NCBI GenBank assembly: GCA_033442325.1
Contig: JAWQFM010000013.1
Location: 612,338-676,337 of the forward strand
Source of the DNA: Salpingoeca rosetta
Lineage: Eukaryota > Protista > Choanoflagellata
Length of the DNA stretch: 64,000 nt
Direction of reading: 5' to 3'
The notes under the pieces were generated by a model that saw only the letters and a list, made by a program, of their open reading frames with translations, did not search any database and was not told the origin of the DNA. Both the position numbers and the translations under genes were made by a program. Of the stretch, positions 37,094 through 49,709 are shown one piece after another (positions within the stretch are counted from its first letter, which is position 1; each line of letters opens with the position of its first letter).

Positions 37094-38516
37094 TCGTTTG
37101 TGTTTGTGTGTATGTGTGTATGTGTGTGTTTGGGGGTGTACACGCATGGTCTTGTACAATCACAACGTCCCACACGCTCACACCATCCCCCAACATGACC
37201 CGCAATCACACGACATACCACCATACTTACAACAACAACCCCATCACCACCCTTGTTACATTTGGCCAGGGCTCTCCGCGGGTGGCGTGGGGCGCGTCGG
37301 GCGGATCACAGCCGTTCCACCGCAGCTTCTGCGCCATTGTCTTCAACCCATCCACAAACCTCTACCTCGCAGCCGCAAAGCAGGTGTGTGTGTGTGTTCA
37401 TGTGCATGTGTGCGTGTGTGTAGTTTGTTCTGCGTCCCAATTCCCGCCTCCGCTTCACTTGCTCATGCGCATTGACACACGTTCACATGCACACTCACTC
37501 GCCATCACTCACTCACTCCCACACACTCCCACACACAAACACACACATACACACACACTCTCTCTCTCACTCACGTACACTCACTCGCCATCACTCAAAA
37601 CTACCCCATCAACGTGCTGCCCGCCACCAGGGGAGCGGGTTTGACGCGATTGTCGGGGACGTCGCTGCTGATGCGTCGTTCGAGGACGCGGCACACATGC
37701 TGCTGGCACAGGAACTCAACATCCCTGCACAGCTCAAGGGCATCCTTCGCTTTGAAATCAGCTCCCTTGCCCTGCGGGTCGTCTTCCTCGTCCACACCAC
37801 AGGTGCCCCATCGCACAAGGGATAGAGTGTGTGTGCGTGCGTGTGTGTGTGTGTGTGTGTATGTGTTTGAGAGAGGGAGGCGGAGCGAGTATGTGTGTGT
37901 GTGTATTTGCAGTGCACGTTGCGTAAATGGAAGCACGCCTTTTCCTGCCTTCTTTCGTTGTTGTCTCACCACCGATACGCACACGCATGCACACGCACAC
38001 GCACACAACATGCTTTTCCACGCTGCAGCCTCTGTGGTGACGCTTGCGGCCGGGTCGTCGTATGTGCAGGCGGCGTGGCGCTCCCATGCGCAGCTGAGCG
38101 CTCTGAACCGCGAGCTTGGGCGACCCCCATGGCCGGCGGGGGCACTTGGCCTGCAGACAACAACACTCCTGGACTGGGTGTCGTACCTCAACCACAACGG
38201 CGCTGTTGCCCCGCTGCACACTCTCGCCGACCCGGGCGACCCCGTGTGGCACAAGGGGATGGGCGGAGAGAGCGTTGCAGAGCAGCGGGAGACGATTCGA
38301 CGCGCCTCGCTCTCCGTCATCCAACGCTCAGATTACAAGCAGAAGAAGGAGGACAAGGAGGACAAGGAGGAGGAGAAGAAGAAGAAGCAGACAGAAGCGC
38401 AGCAAGAGCGAGCAAGGGCGCAGGGAGCACAGGTGACGGCTGCACCTGTTCCAAAGAAGCCCGCAACTGCAACAGCAGCGACCACCAACGGCACCACCAC
38501 CACCAACAACAATAGC

Positions 38517-38556
<40 letters not shown>

Positions 38557-40271
38557 GCAACAACAACAACAACACCACCACCACCAGCGGGGCGGCGGCA
38601 GATACACCACCACCATCATTTGACACCGCAGGCACATCCGCACCAACAGCCACGCAGCAGCAGCAGCAGCAGCAAGATGATACGCATGTGGATGATAATG
38701 TGCACGCTGAAGGCGGTGAAGGTGAAGGTGAGGAAGACTACGATCCAGAGTTGTACGACAGGCAATGCAAGGAATTGGAGGAGTCTGTAACCTCCACGCG
38801 TATGCGTGCGTTTTACGTGCAGCGTGGCGTGCATTCCACAGAGCCGTTTGGCATGACGGTCACGGAGGGTCACAACGCCTCTGTGAGCCTCACCCTGTGC
38901 CAGGAGGTGGTGGTGAAGGCGCTCGACCCTGCGGGCGTCGTCGCGCAGCACGGCGGCGTGCATGTTGGCGACCGCCTGCTGAAGATCAACGGGCAGTGGG
39001 TTGCAGACGTCACCCACGCCGAATACCTCCTGGACGTGTTGGCGGACGAGCCTGCACTTGACCTGACCATCTCGCGGGGAGAGCCCCTGCCCCACTCGCC
39101 GCCGGCACCGCTGAGCAGCATGACAGACCAGGAGCTGCAGGACGCCACGTTTGAGCACTGCGGTCTGCGCATTCTCGTGCACGACACACAGGGGTGGACG
39201 CGTGCAAAGGCGATTGGCACGCTGGCTGAGCGGTTCTCGCACGTTGAAGCCAACGGGGCACCCACCGCGACAACGTCAACGACAACAGCAGCCCCACCAG
39301 CGACAACGGGGGCACCTGAAGCAGCAGCAACAGCAGCAACAGCAGCAACAGCAGCAACGTCAGCACCGGCCAATGCTACCAGCAAGGATGCGAGTGCTGG
39401 TGCAGATGGTGACGAGAAGGAGCTGTCTGTGTCTGTTGTAAGCGACAGCAGCGACATGGCAGGCCTGAAGTCTGCACTTCGCCGCTCCACCGTGAGTGAT
39501 GGCGGTGATGGTGACACGTCAGCATCGTCGTCCAAGAAGAAGAAGGGCTCCAGGCGCAGCAAGAAGGACAGCAGGAAGCGGTCGGTGAAGTTTCACGACG
39601 ACAAGCCGAAGGTTCACGAGACGTACTCCAAGTTTGACTACCACCGGCCCCTGGACCCTGGCCACGGGTTTAGCGACCTGCGCTCGCTGTTCAACTACAA
39701 CACAGATCGCATGGAGCAGGAGCAGCTGCGGGAGGCAGAGGACTTTGTCGACGCGCGTCGCGTGTACGGTAACTACATTGTGCGCAACAAGACGACCCGC
39801 CCCTTTGGTTTCAAGCTTCGCCCCATTACAAAGGACCTGAGCCAGCCATACCTTTTCCTGGAAGGGGTTGAGATTGTGGACATTGACCCGAGCGGCCCTG
39901 TCGGCCAGCACGGCGGCATCAGAGAGGGCGATCGCCTGGTGAAGATCAACGGGCAGTGGGTGCTCAACCACCAGCACGCGGAGTATCTCGTGTTTGAGGT
40001 GCTGCGGCGGGCAAAGGCCCTTGATCTGACTGTCACGCGTGGCGAGCCGCTTGCGCCAAGCATCGACCTCAGCACCAAGACAGACGAGGAGCTGCTGGAT
40101 CTTGCGTTTGAGCACGGCGGGTATCGTGTTGCGATTGGCGAGGGCCAGTGCACACGCGAGGACGTGATGCTGCTCATTCGCAAGCGCCTTGCGCCGTCGA
40201 ATGATGCAGCTGTGTCTGGGCTCTACCGCACAAAGTCCAACGCCGGCCACCACGTTGACGAGGAGTGCTGA
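34914..40271 (+). CDS. N-myristoylated multi-PDZ protein with degenerate Nudix domain and neurabin-like PP1-binding motif
   Basis: Exons 34914-34977, (microexon 35823-35835?), 36104-36227, 36552-36671, 36910-37053, ~37271-37383, 37631-37802, ~38028-40271. MGNKAS start; PDZ1 GSLGFS...GGPAEKAGLSVGHHIVAVNG; two related PDZ modules (GDRLLKINGQWV, GDRLVKINGQWV). The exon 1 link is uncertain. Confidence 0.8.
35169..35870 (+). ncRNA. Candidate large structured intronic RNA of unknown class
   Basis: Microsatellite-free, TpA-rich, no credible ORF; many complementary segments, G-U pairs and GNRA loops that favour the + strand (see findings). Confidence 0.6.
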
Positions 40272-40365
40272 CGTGTATGTGTGCGTGTGTGGTGTGTGTG
40301 TGTGTACTTGTGCATGTGTGTGTGTGCTTGTGCGTGTGGTGTGTGTGTGTGTGTGTGTGTGTACT

Positions 40366-40408
<43 letters not shown>

Positions 40409-40950
40409 GTGTGCGTGTGTGTGTGTGCGTGTGTGTGTGTGTGTGTGTGCTTTGATTTGTTGCCCCTCGTTGCTTTGACTGATGTGACTATTCTCCACCT
40501 CCTGTTAGAGTTGATGGTGTGCAACTTTCCTGTGCTTTAGATGCCAATTGTTGGTGCTGTTTGGCGCGTCTTTTGTTTTGATTTTCCTACTCCCTCTTCT
40601 GAAGGAGTACACGGGTGTGTGTGGGTGTGGTTGTGTAACCTCTTCCTTCCATTGTTCCTCCGTGACACCCGTCTACTGCCAGTGCTGTTGCTTGTGTCTA
40701 TTTTCCAACCCATCTTCATCACCAGAGTAGACAGCAAACGTATGCTCGCCTCAAACGTGCAGAACAACGCAAATGACATACATACTTTTGAACGTGCGAG
40801 GGCAGAGGTCAAAGCATCGTCGTTCTCACCACACCAGCAGTGCAACAGCATCCTTTGCGCACACGAAAGGTCGCAGAATCTCACGCACACACAAACACAC
40901 ACACACACACAGACACACACACAGACACACACAGACAGACACACACACAA

Positions 40951-40997
<47 letters not shown>

Positions 40998-41024
40998 GTG
41001 GTGCTGGTGGTCGGCGGTGATGTG

Positions 41025-41222
41025 TTATGCGTGCGGCTGCGGGATGACGATGGGTTTTGCGTCGGGCTGTCGTGCTGCATCGTAGGACCGTCTCTTCGTC
41101 TTCTCCACAAATTCGTCCCAGCGCTCAAGCTCCTTATCCGGCAGCAGGTGCTGGTGTGTGTGTGTGTGTGTGAGCTTGAACAGGGAGGATGCACACGCAT
41201 GTACACTTACACAAACACGCAA

Positions 41223-41302
<80 letters not shown>

Positions 41303-41432
41303 GCCACGTCTCATTACAGCAGCGGGGTTGTACCTCCATTAGGAGACGCATGAATGTGTCCGTGTCAGCAAACACACGAGCAGTGCGTTTTGCTTTCTTG
41401 TCCTGACATGAATGATGGGTGGGGATGGCGAA

Positions 41433-41477
<45 letters not shown>

Positions 41478-41711
41478 GCGTGTGTGTTGTGTGTGTTGTG
41501 TGTGTTGTGTGTGTACGTGTGTGCGTGTGTGGGTGCACGTTTGACAACAGAGTGAGGAGAAAGGGCACATCATAACAGTCAACACGGGCCCTCCCACTGC
41601 ACGCACGCACGTAGTCGGTGAGCTGTCTGTTGACAACGACGAGCTTTGGTGCGGTGTCGACGAGGGAGTTGGCGGGAGTCACGGTCATCGAGCTGGTGCA
41701 GACATGAAGAA

Positions 41712-41805
<94 letters not shown>

Positions 41806-42833
41806 GTGAGGAGACGGCAAGCAGATGGCAGTGAGCAACGATGTAGGCACATGCCCACGCTGACTGCTGCTGACCTGCCGAGCGAAATCATGAGTTTGCA
41901 CTTTGCCGCTGCTCGTTCCGCCGCCGTCAAGATGGGCTCCTCCAAATCATCTCCAAAGTTGATGATTGTATCCCTGATCAAGGCCGGGTGTGTGGTGTGA
42001 CATGAGTGCACGCACCTGGAGCAGTGTGCGTGTGTGTGTGCATGTGTGTGTGCGTGTGTAGGTGTATGTGTGTGTGTGTGTGTACGTGTTCGTGTGGCGA
42101 CAACTTACTTCAGCTTGCCGTTACACCGTTTCCCCTGCAACACCATATAAAACACGGCTGTGAGCAACGAAAGTCATGTGATAACAATGTTACACCATCA
42201 CACACACACACACATGTATGCTCACAAGCAACAAAGCAAGCAAACCAACACACAAACACACCTGGATGGTTCGACTGCAATAGCGGCCGGTGAAATGGTT
42301 CAAGCCACACGTCGGGCAAACTTCAACGTGTGACCCTTTGGGAATCTTGCCGCTCTCCACCACTGCCTCAGACTTTGTGTGAGTGTGTGTGTGTGAGAGA
42401 GAGAGAGAGTGAGTGAGTGTGTGTGTGTGTGTGTGTGTGAGGCAGACCGCACAGTACAAACATGTTGTGCAAGCTGCGAGTGAGATGCTGCAATGGACAT
42501 TCGAAATGAGAGCAGAACAACAACAATTAAAAACGACACATTGCAGGTCCGTGTCCATCCAGTGTTTGTTTCGCACCTCATCGTCGAGCACATACTGCGA
42601 GCACATGTATCGCGTGCGACAACGGCTGCATACCTCCACAAACACATTTCCTGGCACGACGGGAAAAGAGCGGCAGCAGGGCTTGTTACAGTGAGGAGAC
42701 GCATGGGCACGCGGACGCGCGCAAGGTCGAACCTGCACGCACAGGTGCAGGCACCCGCACACGTGTGGCACATGCGAACGTTTACACAAACGCTTACGTT
42801 CCCAAACAAGCAATTGCAGGCGCACCCCCCCCC

Positions 42834-42896
<63 letters not shown>

Positions 42897-43319
42897 CATA
42901 CAAACCGTGGAGTTCGGCCAGCTTGTCTGCTGGTACGCCAGATAGGCCGTGCAGGCAATCACAGTTCTGGGTGATGACGAACGCAGCAGTGTTGTCACCA
43001 ACCATCTTGGCAATGGCTTCATGGGTGAATGTTGGACGCAGCGCCTCGTAATCAATTCCGCCATCTTCGTCTGTTGTCACGCCCGTGTCTTCCTCGGTCC
43101 ACTTACCCTTTCGCCCGCTATCAGCACGTTTCGTACAACACGTGTCGCCACGGCAAGCAGACCATGCGTGCTGTGAGGATGATGGGGGAAATGAAAACGT
43201 TGGCACGGTAAAACCACACGTGTGCAGTGGAGAGCCGATCTTGACACTTGACCACAACACTTCCGCATGCAAGCATAAGCGCACACACACACACACAACC
43301 CACACACACACACACACAC

Positions 43320-43375
<56 letters not shown>

Positions 43376-44537
43376 ACACACACACACCGGTAGTCGCCAA
43401 TGCCGGCATTGGTGGAGATGCCAGCGCCTGTGAAGAAACACACACCACCATCACTATGGGCCGCATTGATGTCCTTGATCAGCGACGCCACGGCAGCTGC
43501 CTTTGCTTTGATATCCTCCAAGCTGCAGGGGCATCGTGTTTGCTTGAACATGAGACGGACTGGGCATGCGCACGCGCTCTCGTGGCCTGTGGCGGTGGAG
43601 CAAGCCTCAAAGACAAGCTGGAGCGTCGTGGAGCACAAGGCACACATCATCTCACAGCAAGGGACATACCTGTCAGTGTACTCGGCGGTGGACATGGCCT
43701 CCTCGAACACAGCTCGCTCCCGGCCAGTGAGTTGGGGTCCTTCGTCAAACGATTCCCGTGACAGCGGCGACAATGCAGCGGTTGATTTCGCTTCTGCGGT
43801 TGTTGCTGGCGCTCGCCGAAGACGGCTGCTCCGACGCAACCCACTCTCCATCACAGATCCTGCTGGGCCATCTGTGTTTGCCTGCACGCCGTCGTTGCCA
43901 CGCTTGGCCCGCTTTGTCTCCAAGGCAGCGGTGGATCGGTTGCCCTTGACAGTATGTGAGAGAGCATGCACACCAAAAGAGCAAAGTGAACGGCAGCGGT
44001 ACCTGCATCCACATGCACACGCACACACGCAAGTAGCTGAACGCACACACACACACACACACCTACACACACGCACACACACCTACACACGCCTACACAC
44101 ACACACACACACCGACTTGCTCCAACGTCCTCAACGCCTCACCCACCCTTCTTCGCCTCAAAGAAGCCTGGAGCGCATCGAAGCACGCACGGTGGAAGTA
44201 GGCATCACCCGTGTTTCGGCCAACCACCTGCTTGCCCAAAGCATAGCACAGGTTCACAAACTTTGTGTTGAAAGGGAAGACATGCAACAGCAAAACACAA
44301 AACGCAGCGCACATGTGTGTGTGTGTGTGTGTGCGTGTGCGTGTGGAGTGGGTGTTGTTGGTTCTGCCGTCTCCTTCTCTGAAGGTGCAGCCACGTTTTC
44401 GACTTCACCTTCCAGTTGACGGCTGTCTTGCCTGCCTTGAGCGCAGCTGTCAGTCCCCTGATGTTCGCCGTGGTCGCCACTTGAGCAGCAGCTTCATCAA
44501 TCGCCTTCCCACACGATCGCAGCGCACAAACGTGCAT
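41025..44537 (-). CDS. Class IV sirtuin (SIRT6/SIRT7-like NAD-dependent deacylase)
   Basis: FFTGAGISTNAGIGDYRG..GKWT, ALRPTFTH, VITQNCDCLHGLSG..LAELHGNVFVEVC, HFTGRYC, RDTIINFGDDL, SLGSSMTVTPA, VVVNRQLT. The 5' exons 44537-44409 and 44260-44117 join in phase 0. Confidence 0.9.
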
Positions 44538-44669
44538 CTTTGTTTGCCAAGCAGTTGCTTGTTGTGTGCACTGTCCACCACCCTTGTCGCTTTGTTTGTA
44601 GAAAATTGATGAATGTTTTCATCTAATCGTCACATGACGATCGAGCCAAGTCCTTCTTCGCGCCCCCTC

Positions 44670-44723
<54 letters not shown>

Positions 44724-44802
44724 CTGTGATTCTGTTTTATGTATGTACATACACATGACACACGCGCACACGAGCGCGCACGGCCATGCACAACCCCCGT
44801 CG

Positions 44803-47800
44803 TCAGGGCGGCGGGCATGTGGAGGTTGGTGTGGCCGTGATGGAGATGAATGCGTTGCGATCTGGGCACACGTTTGGTTTCTGGTCAGACATGCAGCGGC
44901 CCAGCGCGTGGCAATACGCACACCCTTCCAACAAACACATGGCACACGCTTGCCTCGGGGATGCTGCCAATCCAACTTGCTCGCACTCTTCAAACGGAAA
45001 CGCCACCTTTGCCGCTGTCGCTGCTGCTGGCGATGATCCTGCACCAGGTGTTGAGGCGGATGCATCCATCGAAGGGGTAGCAGTGGCAGCCGGTGGGAAG
45101 AGCGCTGGTGGCGATGGCTTTGGCTCCTTGAGGGCTGCTTGTGCTGCGGTGATGTCGGCCAGGGTCAAGCCGGCAAACAGCGTCGTGGTTGTCTGATCGC
45201 CGCTGCCGCCTCCATCGCGGTGGCGCTGAAGTGTCTCATGTACGCGTTTCATCACATCCAACCGCTGATTCAGCACAAACTCAATGGCGTGCTGCATCTG
45301 CATGCCCCACAACGTAAACTCGCGTTCAGACATGCCCAACACGGCACGGGCCATGTGGCGGCGCTCTGCGTATGTGTGCGGGCCCCTGAACGTGCCTTGG
45401 TCGAAGACCGGCACCTGCGTGTGCCACCACACCAGCTCCTCTGCAGTGAGCAGGTCAAGTGCATCGAGCAGCAACAGGCCGCGATGGACCTCGTAGTGGT
45501 GGAAGAAGCGCTCTGAGAGGGACATGGTCATGGTGTCGCGCTGCGTGAGTGCTCGCGCCTGCTGTACACACGCAGCAACTTCTCGCTGCCACCGCGGCCG
45601 CCGGGGGTCGTCGGCCATCGCCTGCACCTCAACGAAGCAAGGCGATGCTGTTGCTGTTGTTGCTGCCACTGAAGGGTGGCGGAAGCATGCGGCTGCAGAT
45701 GCGAGTGCGGCCTGTGGGAGGTCTCTCATGACCCGGGTCGCCTGCTCGTTGGCCTTGTTCGCGTCATCTGGGCGGCTGGACGGCTGTGTGGGGCTGACTG
45801 CGGCGACAGCCAGTGGAGTGTACACATCGCTAGCAGAGAGTAACTGCGCCAACCGTGGTTTGGTGTTTGCACGAGACAACCACCAGTCAAGAGAGCACGT
45901 GCTGAGACTTGGTTGTTCACCCGTCTCCACAGCAAGCTGCAGACAACCACTGGCGCCCGAATCTTCCTCACCCAATGACTCTTCGCCGTTGGCTGTCGAT
46001 CCATCTTCCTTCTCCTGTTGCTGTTGCCGATGTTGCTGATCCAAGTGCCGCGTGCAGAGGGCAAACAGCATGCGGTTGTGCGTGTTGTCCTGGTCTGCGT
46101 CCCTCACCAGGTGCGTGTACAGCACAACAAGGTCGTGGCACTGGCCAAAGGAGAAGAGGATGCGTAACAGCGCGTCATATGCGCGCACAGCACCGCGTGG
46201 GTTGGCCTGCGCCGCGTACAGTAATGACGCAATATGGCTGCGCATTGACGCAAGCGTCACGCTCGGCTCCGAACGGAGCACGTAGGCTGCCAGCGCCCCA
46301 AATGCGCGAAACTCCTGTTCCTGCGGATAGTACTGGGCAGCGCGCGCACAGCGGCGTTCTGTTTCGTCGGCGTCCGTCGCCTTGCTGCTGGACCGTGAAC
46401 ACTCCCGCGCAACCGCAATCTGATGGTGTGCGTGCGCGTGCGCGTGCATGTGCGTATGTGTGTATGTGTGCATGTGTGTGCGTGTGTGCATGTGTGTACA
46501 TGTGTGCATGTGTGTGCATGCATGTGTGTACATGTGTGCATGTGTGTGCATGCATGTGTGTACATGTGTGCATGTGTGTGCATGCATGTGTGTACATGTG
46601 TGCATGTGTGTGTGTGCATATGTGTGTGTGCATGTGTGTGTAACAACTGCATCAACAACGCAATCACCTTTGTCGGCGTGAGTGCGTGTGTCATGTCTTC
46701 GGGTTCGTCCGCGTGGTGAACGTCTGCTGGTCCATATGTGACGAAGACGCCCGGCTCGAGGTTGAGTGTTTGGTGGTCAAGGTCGTCAGGCACGTAGATG
46801 TACTCGCCTGCCATGTGCGTGTATATAGTGTGTGTATGGTTTATGGTGTGTGTATGGTGTGTGTATGTATGGTGTGTGTATGTATGGTGTGTGTGCGGGC
46901 GTGTGGGTATGGTGTGTGTATGGTGTGTGCATGGTGTGTGTATGGCGTGTGTGCGGGCGTGTGAGTATTGGGAAAACGCTGTTAATGTGAGTAACATAAG
47001 TTGTGGCAAGTCACAACTCATACTACATGCACCCCCCCCCACACACACACGTGTATATTGTTCCTTGCACACCTGCTTCGACGGTGCACTCTGCGAGGAA
47101 TGCGCGCTCCTCGTCGCTCATGTGCGGGTGGACGGTGGTGAGCCACTGCCATGGCATCATGCGTGGGTTTGTCACGTTGCCGGGCACCCTGTCCTTCTCA
47201 AGACTGATGAACCACCTGCCACATTGATGATGAAACGGCGGAGGGTGCAGTGGCCAGCGCAGCAGCATGAGAGGCAGTGTGTGTAAGTGTGTGTGTGAGC
47301 GCATGTGTGAGTATGTCCGTCAATGAGTGACACGAATTACTCAGCATACCCACATCCACATGCGTGCGCACAGCCACACACACACACACACACATACACA
47401 CACACACACACATGAACATGAACATACACACAAAACACACACACACACATGAACATGAACATACACACAAAACACACACATACACACACACATGAACATG
47501 AACATACACACAAAACACACACAAAACACACACACACACACAAGAGCACCACCACCTCGTCCAGTGCTTCAACGCCTGACCGTTTGCGCCCGTGCACGAT
47601 CTTGTTCGCGGCAACACGCGTGTGCCAGTGCCAGGGAAGACCAAACCCAGGCACACCCAGGCCAGCCTCAGCCACCGTCATTTCTGGTCGAGGGGAAAAC
47701 CAGAGCAACAAGTTATTGCAAGGAAGAAAGGTGGACATGACATGGCAACGAGATCACACAGCATCCTTCCACACACACACACGCACACACGCACACCTTG

Positions 47801-48497
47801 TTGATAGAGGTTGTTGAGGATGGGGTCGTGGTGGCAGGCGTCTTTCAGCTCCGGCCATTCGCCAAACTCTCGACTGAAGATCTGAAACTGATGTTCAGCT
47901 GGTGTGAATGTCGAACATGCGTGCATGCGTGTGTGTATGTGTGCATGTGTGTATGCGGGCGTGTGTGCGCAGTTGTGAAATGAGACTGTAACATGACGCA
48001 AGTGTGTCACATAACCGGATAACCCCTCAGCCACACACACACACACACGCACATAGATACACACACACAGATACACACACTTACACACTCACGCACACAC
48101 ACACGCACGCACGCACGCACACCCACCCACGCGCGCACGCACGCACGCACACACGCGCGCAAACACACAAACACACACACACACACACACCATTTGTGGA
48201 GTAGTTGATGGGTTGCTGGTCCTGAAAGTCCAGGAAGCGATCAAGGGTCCACGGCTTGCCACGGAACAGGGCCTGACCAGAAACACTGAACAGCATCACG
48301 GGCCGCCAGTCGGCCTCCGCCCTGATGTTCTCCTTGCTGGTGAAGCGACGGCATGACTCATCTGTTTTCCAAGGCAAAGCAAACAAGCAGCACGCGCACG
48401 GCGCATCAAAGACAGAGGAGAGAAAGGGGTTGATGTGTCGCATGTACAATGTATCGTGGAAGAAGGAGCCATATGTGCGTGCGCACACACACACATA

Positions 48498-48572
<75 letters not shown>

Positions 48573-49594
48573 CAACACACCACACACACACANNNNNNNN
48601 NNNNNNNNNNNNNNNNNNNNNNNNNNNNNNNNNNNNNNNNNNNNNNNNNNNNNNNNNNNNNNNNNNNNNNNNNNNNNNNNNNNNNNNNNNNNACACATGC
48701 ACCCATACACACACACATGCACACACGACGCAGACTCGCACCTGATTCGCCTCGCTTTGGGTCCGAGTATGGCCGCCCAAAGATGACGGGCTTCTTGCCC
48801 TTGTAGACCGTGTCGAAGGTGTGCTTGTCGAGGTCAGGCACGCGGTCAATCGTGCAACGCGACAAGTCACCATACGGCAACAGCTCCTCGTGGGTCTGTC
48901 GCAAGACATGTGAGTCAGGCACGCGAAACGCCGTGACTTTCTTCTGGCGTCGTCGGCGCCGCCGTTGCTTTCCGCGTGCCTGTGGAGCAGACGGTGTGTC
49001 TGACGCTCGAGCTCCCCCAAACATGGATGGTGCAACCCCAATGTTTGCTGCATGCTGGAGTGTGCTGTTTGTCACTCGAAAGGGGAGGCTACGAGCCGCC
49101 ATGGTCCAGTCACTGATGCTATTCGTACCACTGCACCCCGACCCAGCAAGTACAGCGCACACTTCTTCCCCCGTGCTGCCACGTCTGTCATGTGTATGTG
49201 TTTGTGTTGTGTGTGTGTGTGGCGAGGGGGGAAGTTGAGTCAGTGCATGCGTCCTCCCTGCTTGCCATCTGGCAAAGGAATCAAGAAGTAGTACGCACAC
49301 AAACACCCACACACACTCACTCACTCACTGACTCACCCACACACAAACACCCACACAAACACCCACAAACACACGCAAACACACACAAACACACACACAC
49401 ACACTCTCTCTCTCGCACACAAACACGCACACACGCACACACACACACACGCACACACACGCACACACACGCACACACACGCACACACACAAACACACAC
49501 ACGCACACCTGCTGTGAACATTGTTGTGCTTGCCATGGCTGCCACTAGAGAGGAGAGCAAGTGCGAGCGCGAGCGCCAACAGCGGTGACGACAT
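44803..49594 (-). CDS. Signal-peptide JmjC protein, JMJD8-like, with a long C-terminal extension
   Basis: [15 protein letters not shown] signal; RCTIDRV...YKGKKPVIF; [14 protein letters not shown]...IVHGRKRWF; [23 protein letters not shown]; phase-0 splice to a ~540-aa terminal exon 46421-44803. Confidence 0.8.
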
Positions 49595-49709
49595 CGTCGC
49601 AACGACGATGATAATCGTGCTGTGCTGGCTGGTGCTGGTTGTTTGGTGTTTGCGTCAGGCAGTGTCCTCCTCAAAGTCCTGAAAAGTACTTTTCTATGCA
49701 CCACAGACG

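Noticed and set aside
40541-41020. 159-aa hydrophobic + strand ORF
   Set aside because: Lies in the convergent 3' ends of the PDZ and sirtuin genes and runs into CA repeats; no motifs.
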